Under the pieces are notes generated by a model. That model did not search any database. It saw nothing but the letters and a program-made list of their open reading frames with translations, and had not been told where the DNA came from. A DNA stretch of 61,249 nt, the filler included, from Globobulimina sp. (Eukaryota), in NCBI GenBank assembly GCA_003354225.1. It is 18 parts of 18 records of this genome, joined end to end, with 100 filler letters (N's around TTAATTAATTAA, not from the genome) between each part and the next. Parts side by side here need not be neighbours in the genome. Positions count along the whole stretch, not along the records: positions 20,465 to 23,774 come from PIVH01003132.1; positions 23,875 to 27,184 come from PIVH01003133.1; positions 27,285 to 30,594 come from PIVH01003134.1; positions 30,695 to 34,004 come from PIVH01003135.1; positions 34,105 to 37,413 come from PIVH01003136.1; 13 more parts are not named here. One strand, 5' to 3'. Below, in pieces: positions 23,756 through 35,625 of the stretch (position 1 is its first letter; each line of letters starts with the position of its first letter). Both the position numbers and the translations under genes were made by a program.

Positions 23756-23875
23756 AATAATTTTAGCTGTTTTTNNNNNNNNNNNNNNNNNNNNNNNNNN
23801 NNNNNNNNNNNNNNNNNNTTAATTAATTAANNNNNNNNNNNNNNNNNNNNNNNNNNNNNNNNNNNNNNNNNNNNC

Positions 23876-26312
23876 ATCGAACAAATTCAAAGGATTGACA
23901 TTAGGAGTCATAACAAAGTAATTCCTTTTAATTTAGTCGGAAAAGCATGTTATGGCTTAGCATTAAATGGTATACGTAATAATGAGAACATATTATTGTT
24001 ATTTGAGTCAAATAATGCCAGGTTCGCAATGGCTACACATTTAGATTACAGTATTAATTGTATGTGCGAGCAAACCAAAAAAGCATCACTGAATTCGAAT
24101 ATTGAGTATAATAATTTTAACAGAGAAGAAAAAAAAGAAGAACGATATAAAGAATGTAATAAAAATTACTGTTGGTATTCATCAAAATTGATAAAATATA
24201 TGCGATTATACGAACAAAATCCAAATATATTGGATAATAATGAATTTAGAGTATCTACGCATGGCCTCGTGTTGCAATGTTACCATCATTGCAGGATTTA
24301 TCATAATGATTTGCCATCAAATGACTGTCAAATCCGGAATATTAACAACCATCACTGCACTTATTATTTGAGAAATTATAGAAACAGAAATGCAGAAAAG
24401 CGGCAGGAAAGAGATTTTTATGAACGGGTCAAGTTACGAGACAGCAGAGATGCGGCAAGACTTCAAATATTAGATTCAATTCATTGTTATTTGTTTCATG
24501 CTTCGCAAATAAATGATGAAAATAAAAGTAAGTTTATGAATGATTTTGAAAACATTGAAAACGATGTAAAAGCAAATGAAAAGAACCGGTTTCATTTTGG
24601 TTTACCGCGAGCATCACATACATCATTTCGTACGCGTGATACTGACGATTTAATAGAACATGAAAACATGTTCATATTGAACCGAAATAACAAACAAAAA
24701 CAAATTGTGGATAATTTCGGGTTTGGTGTTGATTTATCATATTGGAATGAATGGAATGCGAAAAAGAAAGCAGCCAATTTAGTGAAACCAAAATATGAAA
24801 CATTAAAAACCGAGTTAACAAAAAATAAAATATACAAATTGAGTGATGAACAGTACTATGATACATATAATAAAGCACAACTTTGGAACAAGGAAATAAA
24901 AATTAAAGCCAAAAATGTAGGAAGAACAAATAAAAGATTTAATATTCGACCAGGCGATGCATTGACAGTTAACCATATAATTTCGTTGATGGTATATTGT
25001 AATTACACGGAATTACAATATAGGTTTAAACAGTTTAGTATTTGTTATAAAATAAGTAGTTTGTGAAACATTTGTGTCTATATATACCGGTAGACATTGT
25101 AGACCCTATGATAACGAGAAAATGGAGTCATTTCTACAACGGAACAGTGAAATTGCTCATTGGTGTAGGTATTTGTTTGAATGTGGTTCAATTTATGGGG
25201 AAAAAATGAATGGAAATGATACGTTGTATACAGGATTGACATCAAAACTATTATTTAGTTCATGGAATACACGTTTTTATTGTCCATTGTCAACAACACC
25301 GCAGTTGATGGTGGCTCAAAGTTTCTGTAAAACGAATAATGGGATAATAATTAAATTGCAACGCGCAGACGAAACGACAATGAATTTTGATGTATCATAT
25401 TTAAGTGACTACCCCGAGGATGAAAGATTAATCGTTGGCCAATCATTGAAGATTATGGATATTATACTGCTTGAAAATATTAACTTGAATAATGATAACA
25501 TGTCATTGTCAAAATGGATATTAGCATTGCATTTATTTGAGAAAATTGTAAATGGATTGTTTGTAGTTTGGGATAAAGAATTGATGAACAAACCTGTTCA
25601 TAAAAACTTATCATTGTTGATTGAACATCATTTATTACCAAATGACAAACAAAAGGCTGTACATTATATTCAACAGATATTTAATAATATGATAAAGGCA
25701 AAATTAATAGCAAACGATGGAAAGCCATGGCTTAATTTATTTGAATTAAAGAAATTGTATAAAAAGAATAAAAAATTAGCGACATATTTTTATGATATAA
25801 AACAACAAAAATTTGGGCCACTGTTTGTAAAACATAAATATAATAATGAAGAGCAAGTACGATGGGTAAAACAGTTCCGTTGGAAAATTGAAGGTAATAA
25901 GTTTATTCAACTTAAAACTACTACAAATAAATGGATATATTCCAAGGAATTGTATGTAAATGAAAATGGAGATAATCGGAAAAAGATTTCTTTCTATTTT
26001 GGGTGTCGAGCGATGTATGTATCTGGGATTAAGCAGTGTGAATTGTATATTTTTATCAAATCAAAATCAGTAAATTGTGAATCGATTAAAGAAATATCGA
26101 TTGGATATGATAGATTATGCGTAGAATATGATTATCATAGTTATATGCATTCAGAATGGATAAAATTTAATTTAAAGCATAATGTAGCCAGTCATGGCGG
26201 GAAAACGTTTGGTTTAAATGCAATGCAACTAAATAAATTATCATCTATTACATGGACGGTCGGCATTAAAATAATTGGTATTATTTTTAACGCGAATCAA
26301 AGTATTGTGTAA
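23876..26312 (+). CDS. Large protein with an ADP-ribosyltransferase-like domain, 5' partial, 2 exons
   Basis: Frame open from the contig start; GT-AG intron 25033-25093 gives YRFKQ-HCRPY. Motifs LYTG, PLSTT, VAQSF and FDVSYLSDYPEDERL. Confidence 0.7.
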
Positions 26313-26579
26313 TACCGCATAATGACTATTAATTATTTTGGTGTTGCAATAACACCTTATTATTAAATATACACATTATGATCGTTGAAAATTGTGTGGA
26401 ATATTCAGAATCATGATTCTAACAACTTTCTCGATCCATCATGATTTCTGATAAAAAAAAAAACTTCAACGCAAAATTAGTTTAGTACTCTTGTGTAATA
26501 CGTGAGTAACGACATCAGTTCCGAGATGAAATAACCATAGAAATCGTAACCATAAAAGTATTTATTATCCCGAATTCGA

Positions 26580-27184
26580 ATGGGAACCAGTATTTGTTAT
26601 TCTAAATCACAACTAAAACCTGTACATAGCATCGAAACCGTTGATGATGCTAAATCACAGCATATAGATATAGAGAAGAAGCAACCTGTCGAGTCGGAGT
26701 CGAGCAAGACGGAAACTCTGCAGTCTGCTTTAATATATCCATTTTTATTAATTGAAGCATTCATTCGTGACAATAAATTAAATTATCTCCATATTCCAAT
26801 ATCAATAACAAATGCAATCTCAATATATGTTGATCCGGTTACCAAAATATATCATGTTTCCAACAAACCCTTAATTCCTTCGAACTGGTACATTCATCAA
26901 AATAATTCAGGTCATATTTCTAATTTGTATGCATTTCCTTCACAGCATATGTTCACTGTGCATTATTCAAATGGTGACTTATTATTTTTTGCGGAGTTTC
27001 AAACGTTTCATGATCTCTGCAGTTTGAATAAATCCAATGTAATTTTGCGTTTATCAAATATATCAAACATTGATGTATTTAATGCTAGCAAAAGATCAGA
27101 ATTGATTGCATTTTTAAGTGATGATAAGAATAATATGGTTGGATTGCTTGATATAAATCGATATCAGATAATTCTTAATGGTCA
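26580..27184 (+). CDS. Hypothetical protein, 3' partial, possible N-myristoylation (MGTSIC)
   Basis: Open from ATG 26580 to the contig end. Confidence 0.6.
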
Positions 27185-27284
27185 NNNNNNNNNNNNNNNN
27201 NNNNNNNNNNNNNNNNNNNNNNNNNNNNTTAATTAATTAANNNNNNNNNNNNNNNNNNNNNNNNNNNNNNNNNNNNNNNNNNNN

Positions 27285-27533
27285 AATTTTACCATACTTT
27301 TTTTTATGTTGTGTTTGTTGTGTTTTGTGACATTTTTGTTGTTGTATAATGTATTTAAATCATTTTCGTTTAATATTAAATATTGAATGTCGTTATTAAA
27401 ATTTAAATATTGAAACATTGTTTGTGTAAAAAACAGATATAATAATAGTCAAAAACATAAATATCAGACATTTGTGCTTTTCATATTATGTCCTAAAAAC
27501 ATTTGTGCTTTCAACAGTCAGATCGATCTGTTT
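27285..27533 (+). repeat. Left arm of an inverted repeat at the contig end
   Basis: Reverse complement of 30317-30594; outer 119 nt identical, inner part has indels and substitutions. Confidence 0.95.
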
Positions 27534-27952
27534 TGAAATGAAAACATGTTCATCAGCAGTCAGCACATGATTTGTATACAACTTGGTGATAACACGAACA
27601 ACCTAACACAATAAATGTCATTGTCCGGTATATGCATGCATCAAATTATGCAAATCCAATAAAATCCGAACAGAGAACACCATCGCAAAATCATGTCATA
27701 TTTAATATGCGTGCAATATGATTATCTAAATATTCAACATCGCCACTTTCCGTAAAGCCATCTTGTTATCGTCGTAAAGTGTATGACAATTCATTACCGT
27801 ATCTTCAAAACATATCTTGAATTATGTTGTGAGATAAATTATGACCAAGATCTTTCTACAGCACTGTGACTGTGAGCTCCTCATTAATTATTAAAAAACT
27901 GTCCTCACTATAGCTCTATCAGTGCATTGCCATCCTGTGAACCCTCAAAAGC

Positions 27953-29714
27953 ATGCAATCTCTCCATGCAATCAACGCCAAAGCCGATGTAATCTCTTCA
28001 TTGCACGCATTGACGGCAAATATCTCGGCCGCCAAAGGCATCGCAAATGTTTTGAAAACGAATCTCGGCCCGAATGGCACATTGAAAATGTTAGTCGGTG
28101 GTGCGGGACAAATTAAATTAACCAAAGATGGAAATGTGTTATTACGAGAAATGCAAATCCAACATCCAACCGCCTCCTTAATAGCCCGTACCGCAGTGGC
28201 CCAGGATGACGTTACCGGCGATGGCACCACCTCTGTCGTGTTACTCTCCGGCGAGTTGTTAAGGAACGCCGAGCGATACGTGCATGAAGGACTACATCCA
28301 CGCGTCTTAGTGGAGGGCATGGAGTTGGCCAGGGACCAAACTATCAAATATTTGGATACGGTGAAAATAGCCATCAAATCCATCCAATCCCCCACCAAAA
28401 AAGTGGAGGAAAAATCGCAATTCAACGAGAAAAACGCCGACATGGACCGCGCCTTATTATGCAACGTCGCGCGCACCTCATTGCGCACCAAATTAAACCA
28501 GGAATTAGCGGACCATTTAACCGACATTGTGGTGGACGCGGTGTTGACAGTGCGTAACCCGAAGCATCCCAACAAGGGCAGCCAGATCGATTTGCACATG
28601 GTCGAGATCATGATAATGGCGCACAAATCCGAGTTTGATACCAAATTAGTTCGCGGCTTGGTGTTGGATCACGGCGCCCGTCATCCAAACATGTCCAAGC
28701 GCTCTGAGAATTGCTTCGTTTGCACCGCCAATATCGGGTTGGAATGGGAGAAGACCGAAGTGAATTCCTCTTTTTTTTGGTCGACGGCCGAGCAGAGAGA
28801 GAAATTGGTGGCCGCTGAGCGAAAACATGTGTTACGTTTTTTATATTTATATTATATTCTATTCTATTTTGATGACAAATGCATCCTTGCACTCACTCAC
28901 AATTAAATCGCACAGCAATGACAAAGTGCGCGGCATCATCGCGTTGAAGAAGAAAGTGTGCGGCGACGACTTGACCAAATCCTTTGTTTTGGTGAACCAA
29001 CAGGGCATCGACCCCATCAGTTTGGACTTGTTGCAGAAAGAGGGCATAATCGGGATCCGCCGCGCCAAGAAGAGGAACATGGAACGCATCCCGCTCGCTT
29101 GCGGCGGCTATGCCGTCAACTCCATCCAAGATTTGGTGCCGGAGTGCTTGGGCCACGCCGGTTTGGTGTACGAGCACGTTTTGGGTGAGGACAAGTTCAC
29201 GTACATAGAGCACGTGGCGAATGCCTTTAGTTGCACCATTTTGATCCGCGGGCCCAACCGGCATAGCATCAATCAGATAAAAGACGCGATCCGCGACGGT
29301 TTACGAGCTGTCAAGAATACCATCTTGGACGAAAACGTGATTTTGGGCGCCGGCTGTTTTGAGGCCATGGCTTATTTCAATTTGATGCGCTTTAAGAAAA
29401 GCATCGATGGCCGCAAGAAATTGGGCATTCAGTCGTTTGCTGATTCATTGTTGGCCATTCCGCGGACTTTGGTGGCGAATGCGGGCTATGACCAACAAGA
29501 CGTTTTGATCAAATTGTTGCAAGAAACGGAGAAAGGCAACAAAGTGGGCGTCGACTTGGAGACCGGCGATTTGTTGGATCCGCTACAGAGCGGCATCTTC
29601 GACAATTATTGCGTCAAGAAACAATTGTTGCATTTGGCCTCTATTATTGCGAGCAAATTGTTGTTGGTGGACGAGATTATGAGAGCGGGAAGGTCTATGG
29701 GCAAGAAACAATAA
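27953..29714 (+). CDS. CCT6: T-complex protein 1 subunit zeta (CCT6), 2 exons
   Basis: [56 protein letters not shown]; intron 28831-28915. Confidence 0.96.
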
Positions 29715-29812
29715 AACGTAAATTGTGCACTATTCATATATTTTTGACTCGACTCTGACACTTTTTTCACAGACTACAGTTTAATTTGATTCAATTTAAT
29801 TCATTAATCCAC

Positions 29813-30256
29813 TCACCACATGTGGTAGATTTTTCCTTTGCCTTTGAAGTTTAAAGTGCATTCGAATTTGGTGCCATTTACGACGTTTTGCTCGAAGAAT
29901 GTTTTGCTTTTTAACAATTTACGACAGTTTTCTCTGTTTATTAAGACTGTGCTTGTTGAGAATTGTTTTAAGCCTTTTGTTGGCTCACTTGACATGCAAT
30001 TTGAATATAATGCTTTTGCCAAGTCATTGGGATAAACATCAAACCGTTGATAACCTCCAGTGCCGTCATCTCGCTTTATTAATACGTAGAATGGCCATTT
30101 CTCTCCAATCACAAAGGTTGCAATTAATATGCATACGCTATCTGGTAACTCGTTATTATAATTACATGATGCAGCAATACATTGTGATATGATTTTGATG
30201 CCATTTGAGAAATCCAGAGGACACCAATAACTGTCAGCAGATCCAGATTGTGACAT
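29813..30256 (-). CDS. Small hypothetical protein, possible F-box-like motif plus ubiquitin-like domain
   Basis: Likely start MSQSGS at 30256, since the upstream frame runs into the inverted repeat. LPDSVCILIATF, then a ~80-aa region with LLKSKTFFEQNVVNGTKF. Confidence 0.45.
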   Translation of the reverse strand: MSQSGSADSYWCPLDFSNGIKIISQCIAASCNYNNELPDSVCILIATFVIGEKWPFYVLIKRDDGTGGYQRFDVYPNDLAKALYSNCMSSEPTKGLKQFSTSTVLINRENCRKLLKSKTFFEQNVVNGTKFECTLNFKGKGKIYHMW

Positions 30257-30316
30257 GCGCGCTGCGCTGAACTTTGAGGCCTTCGAACTGACTGAAAAAC
30301 TGCAGCTGAGGTTATG

Positions 30317-30594
30317 AAACAGATCGATCTGACAGTTGAAAGCACAAATGTTTTTAGGACATAATATGAAAAGCACAAATGTCGATCTGATATTTATGTT
30401 TTTGACTATTATTATATCTGTTTTTTCCACAAACAATGTTTCAATATGTTGATGTGAGAATTTTTGAGATGTGAGAATTTTAATAACGACATTCAATATT
30501 TAATATTAAACGAAAATGATTTAAATACATTATACAACAACAAAAATGTCACAAAACACAACAAACACAACATAAAAAAAAGTATGGTAAAATT
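30317..30594 (-). repeat. Right arm of the inverted repeat
   Basis: Mirrors 27285-27533 and carries an extra duplicated GATGTGAGAATTTT segment. Confidence 0.95.
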
Positions 30595-30902
30595 NNNNNN
30601 NNNNNNNNNNNNNNNNNNNNNNNNNNNNNNNNNNNNNNTTAATTAATTAANNNNNNNNNNNNNNNNNNNNNNNNNNNNNNNNNNNNNNNNNNNNTACCAT
30701 CCCTAATAAAGAACTCTATTATAAAATCAGAATACAAATTTGCAATGGATAACAGCATCCGGTTTTCAGCGTCAGATTTGTATTGTTTCTGAGAAAACAA
30801 TGCACAGAAACGGTTTGCTTCGACTTCGTAAAAGATTTATTCATGCTGGTTTAATTTTAATTTAATTGAAGCCCTTCAAACAAAAAAATATGTACAAATG
30901 AA

Positions 30903-32513
30903 TTATTTGATATATTTATTAATTGTATTTACTAATTTGTCAATCTCTTTTTTGGTATTATGAGCATGTAACCAAACCCGAATCAGTGACAAATGTTTCG
31001 GTACAATGGGATAATGTAAACCATATATAAACATATTATTGTCCCATAAATGTTTCATGATTTGTTCACATATTTTATCATCACCAATTACAATTGGTTG
31101 AATATGTGTATTTGATAAATATTTACACATATTTACAGGTAATACTTTATTGCATGATTCAACAAAATACTCTTTTAATTCAAATAAATATTCTCTACGC
31201 TTTTCATATTTTCTTGTCCTCAAAAAATCATATCCGCATTTAATTGCTAATAAACTTGTATTGGGCAGGAAATATGAAAAAATTGTGGTTATTGAATATT
31301 GATTCAAATATTCACATAAAACATTGCTATTACATAATATCGCAGCGCCTGAACAAACCAAAGCTTTTGAATATGTTACTAAAATACCACAAACTTTAGG
31401 ATGTTGACACAAATTATATTCATACATTAAACCTAATCCATCTTTTCCATACATACCAAATGAATGCGCCTCATCCACATATAAAAACGCATCATATTTC
31501 TCGCAACATTCAGCAATAATCTCTTTTAAAGGAGCAATATCGCCACGCATAGAATATATACTTTCAACACAAATAACAATATTACCGCTGTCATTACTAT
31601 CGTCTCGGATTTTACTTACAATAGAAACTAAATTCTGAACATCATTATGTTTGAAAGGTATACATTTTTTTGCTCTGCTTAATTGCATCCCAGTTATCAT
31701 GGATCGGTGAGATTGATCATCGTAAACAATAAAATCATTCGGATGTGCGATACATCCAATAAATGATAAATTTGCAGTGAAACCAGATTTAAATATTAAG
31801 GCTCGTTTCATTCCATGATTTTTGGCGATTTCATTCTCGACTATGAACGGTAAATTATTTGGATAGGTTGATTTTGATGACACCATTGCTCGAGTTAGAC
31901 CATGACAAAATACATTTGATGCATTCTTAATTTTATTCAATTCATCTAAACGTTTACAACGCAAATCATAATCAGCTCCCATTGATAATGCGTCTGCAGA
32001 GCAAAAATCGATAACATTCTCGTTGAATGGATCTGGTGCTGTATTTACTGGATGTATACGATGTTCTTTTTTCCTTTTTTCTAACTTTGGCAATAAACTT
32101 ACATACAAACTACATAGAATTATGAAATGTTACATATAATCTGTTGGATAATGTTAATTTTTCAGCGTCAGAACTTAAATTAACATTTTTGTACAAAACT
32201 TAATATTTTCTGACGCTGAAAAAGGAGATGGGAACTTTTTCTCAAAGAACAAATGATTTAAATCCAAAACTTACCTTTCTTTTTCAAATCCATCAACTGT
32301 TTTTGATTCATATTTTTCTGGATTAGAATTGGTGCCGTCAACAATTTGTTTTTGTTCATCATCATGATCAGTCAGATAATTTGTTATTTCGTTTATATCA
32401 TTTGGATCAACAACATTTTCGATTGCATTGATAATTGCTTCTCTGGTTCCAGTGTTAAATGTAATTAACTGTTCAATCAAATCTTCATTGTAAACAGATT
32501 TATTTGAAGACAT
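30903..32513 (-). CDS. Alpha-oxoamine synthase (AONS/BioF/SPT-like PLP enzyme) with a short helical N-terminal domain, 2 exons
   Basis: SGFTAN, SHRS, ESIYSMRGD, VDEAHS, TYSKAL, HAHNT. The 80-aa ORF at 32271-32513 splices in frame through intron 32110-32274 (AG/GTAAGT...TGTAG). Confidence 0.82.
32158..32223. repeat. Short inverted repeat inside the AONS intron (MITE-like)
   Basis: TTTTTCAGCGTCAGAA (32158-73) and TTCTGACGCTGAAAAA (32208-23) are perfect 16-nt reverse complements; a third TTTTCAGCGTCAGA lies at 30763. Confidence 0.8.
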
Positions 32514-32641
32514 CCGAAAGTGCCTGATGATGACTAGCTTACTCCGTGAAAACTTAAAAAAAAAATCCTAGCTTCAGTTGCGACACAGCATTATATTATA
32601 ATATAAAATGAAAGAATCCCTCACTCACAAACGACAAAGAC

Positions 32642-34003
32642 TTATATAATTAATTGTTGCGTTGCGTTGACAAAGTCAGCAATGGCATGTTTTGGCAATA
32701 CACTGTGGAATGTTTCTTTTTTAGCTGATGTTACATGTGATGGAAGTATTGGTAAATGAACAGCACATCCACTAATACCAATATCTTTGAATAATTCCAA
32801 TCGTTGTATACCATATTCATATTGAACAGTACCCAATATTGGTTCAACTCGGTCAGGAAATCTATGCAGTAACATCCCACCCAAACAACAACTAAATATT
32901 TTATCCTTTGGTAACTCACTCCAAACTTTGATCGATTCCACATTCTTTTTAGAACCAATCATTAAATATTGCAGTGAATTTCCTTTTATTTTTGGCATTT
33001 GAACACATCCAGCTTCTAAAAAAAATATATCTTTTTTCTTTTTAAATCTCGCCAATGCTTTATTTGTATCAAAACAATGTGGAGCAGAATCATCACAAAT
33101 AATACAGCCTGGTTTTAACTTATCAATATTTAATATATTCGCTTTATTGGTCGCACCAATCACCAATGAACATTCATAAAATAAGTTGTTTACAGTTTCT
33201 TCATCTTTGGATATTAGAATATGAATATCAACATCACCACAATATTTCAGCTCATTTTCTAATTTATATTTTAGTTTCTTAACTCTTTCCACTTTTTTCC
33301 CGACATCACATAATAATATTTTCCTTGGATAACAGTCAAATGTTGATATTATGGTTAATATGGAACCATATCCAATTGAGCCACATCCTAAAACACCAAC
33401 AATTTCATTTGATAGCTCTCGTTTGGTTTGGTTTAAAATGTATCGACAATTTGTAGCAACACAGGCGAGTGTTGTTGCATGCGATGTTGTTAAAATTATT
33501 TTGTCGTTCCATGTTCTAATAATTTTAACAATATCTAATCCGTAATGTGTGGCAGCAGGAATTATTCCTAATAATGTTACATGATATATTCCTAAATCTA
33601 ATCCATATTTTATACATTTTATAATTAAATGTAATAATTTCTTTTTATCAGTAAATGCTTCGTACGGTGTTATTGGTAGGAACATTACCAACTGATTTCC
33701 AATGTAATTTGACATGATATAGCCATTACAATCGAGTGGCAATTCTGTATGATTCTCATTATCCGGATGGTGAGTGTTTAGATGCGATTTGAAAGTTAAT
33801 AATGCCAAAGAATGGATGATGAGCGTTTTTTGTTTGGTGCACTCTTTTAATTCTTTCGATGTTAAAGATGCTGTTGAGTTAATCACTGCTGTTTGATGTT
33901 TGTTAAATATAATTTCTGTCTTACTGTCGTATGTATCTTTCTTCCTTTTCTCGAACTTTGATAATAAACTTACATGTGAATATATTTTGGCTCCAGAATT
34001 GTG
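32642..34003 (-). CDS. Acyl-ACP-reductase-like NAD(P)-binding domain protein, 5' partial
   Basis: Open to the contig end. LGIIPAATHYG, TTSHATT, Rossmann GVLGCGSIG, IGATN, DDSAPHCF, FLEAG; recalled similarity to C-terminal domains of bacterial NRPS/PKS proteins. Confidence 0.65.
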   Translation of the reverse strand, partial: HNSGAKIYSHVSLLSKFEKRKKDTYDSKTEIIFNKHQTAVINSTASLTSKELKECTKQKTLIIHSLALLTFKSHLNTHHPDNENHTELPLDCNGYIMSNYIGNQLVMFLPITPYEAFTDKKKLLHLIIKCIKYGLDLGIYHVTLLGIIPAATHYGLDIVKIIRTWNDKIILTTSHATTLACVATNCRYILNQTKRELSNEIVGVLGCGSIGYGSILTIISTFDCYPRKILLCDVGKKVERVKKLKYKLENELKYCGDVDIHILISKDEETVNNLFYECSLVIGATNKANILNIDKLKPGCIICDDSAPHCFDTNKALARFKKKKDIFFLEAGCVQMPKIKGNSLQYLMIGSKKNVESIKVWSELPKDKIFSCCLGGMLLHRFPDRVEPILGTVQYEYGIQRLELFKDIGISGCAVHLPILPSHVTSAKKETFHSVLPKHAIADFVNATQQLII

Positions 34004-34104
34004 ANNNNNNNNNNNNNNNNNNNNNNNNNNNNNNNNNNNNNNNNNNNNTTAATTAATTAANNNNNNNNNNNNNNNNNNNNNNNNNNNNNNNNNNNNNNNN
34101 NNNN

Positions 34105-35339
34105 ATTACAAATTCACTGATTAACATTTCATTCAAGCGATTGCAATTTATGTCAATCGCCTCGTTATAATTAGTATTAATATCTTTATTATCGTTATTA
34201 TTACAATTCCGCTCGCGTTTAATTGGTGAATGTGAAATAAATGCCATAATTTGAGTCAATTCATCTTCGAATGAGTCGCGAAACGAATCCAATGCATCAT
34301 CGATTAATTTTGAATGTTGTTCTTGTTTGGATTGAATTGATTGCAATAAATGTTGGATCTGTTCAGTTGATTCGTGGCTCTCTTTCAATTCATTAAGTTT
34401 CCGATCAATTTTCTTATAAACAGTAATTATTCGTTGATCGAGTTTCAATGAACGCAAAAACTTTGTCAATCCATCGATTTTATCATTGGTGGTGCGATTA
34501 TATGATTGGTTCATTGACGACATGGATGTGTTGTTGCTAAACGATGTATTTATTGATTTTTGAACAATTTCTTTTATCATTGATGGGCAATTCAGACTGA
34601 CGCTGGATGTCTGGAGCAGTTTTTGCATCTCATCCTGTTCTTCGATTACTTTATCAACGGCTTGCCGTAATTTCGCAAATTCTGCTAATTGCATTTTACC
34701 CGTTTCTTTAATATTTGTTATCGTTTTTTTATTTTCGTCAGTAACAATTTGTAAGGTTTCCTTTTGTAAACAATTTGCGTTATCAATTTTTTCGCACAAT
34801 TCGGTTATGCCCATAATATCGCGATATTTGGCAAAATCATCACTGTACGTTAACGTTTTATCGCTGATTGATGACTGTGACAAACTGATCGAATTTATAC
34901 TATTATTGCTGTTCTCTACCTCTTTATTTGCAATTGAGATACTCGCAATTGATGTGTTTGCAAAGGATGCCGATGTATTTGCAATTGCCGGTTTATCATC
35001 ATTTAGAATCGCATTGGCATGGTCAGCGAGTATATCTCCGTCGATCGCGACGTCCACTTTATCGTCTTCGTCTTCATCGTCGTCGAAACCCCAATCAAAG
35101 CCAGACGCACCAAATCCTGATGCACCTTGAAATATTGCTGGCAACTTTTCTTCTTTTGGTTTTAAATCCAACTTTGCTTTTTTTTTCTCAACTATGGTAT
35201 TTAATATTGCTTGATTTTTGCCATTTGTTTCTGTGTTTGTGTTGAATCTTGATCGAGCAAAAAGTTTTTTGTTCACTTTTCTGGCCGATAAAAATATCTC
35301 GGGATCAAATTGTTTTTGCGAATACTGTTTTGCTCTCAT
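34105..35339 (-). CDS. Coiled-coil hypothetical protein, 3' partial
   Basis: More than 400 open codons with heptad-like composition. Confidence 0.7.
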
Positions 35340-35625
35340 TTTAAATTGTTAAATATGTATCTATATTATACGTATACGACTATACGTCATTCGCTCAATA
35401 CATAATCAATTGCCTGACATAATCAGGTAACATCTGATCTATCGCTGAAGATGCCATGATAATAAGGTAATGTATATTTAAATCGCCGAATATTAAGATG
35501 CCATTAAATTGTCAAAATAAATCTTCACTAACTTTCTTTTTACAGTGAAAGTTTTCTTTTTTTTTCCTGAGTACACTTTGTTGCATGGTACATACTACAC
35601 ACTAAATCGCATTAGACTTGTCACA

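Noticed and set aside
27233-27418. Duplicated small ORFs (27233-27418 and 30464-30646)
   Set aside because: By-products of the inverted repeat running into N linkers; no coding evidence.
27905-27914. T7 promoter-like CTCACTATAG (vector contamination)
   Set aside because: Only 10 nt match, the upstream TAATACGA is absent, and there is no other vector sequence.
27919-28644. Long antisense ORFs over CCT6 and PP4R1
   Set aside because: Expected shadows of GC-richer, codon-biased coding sequence.
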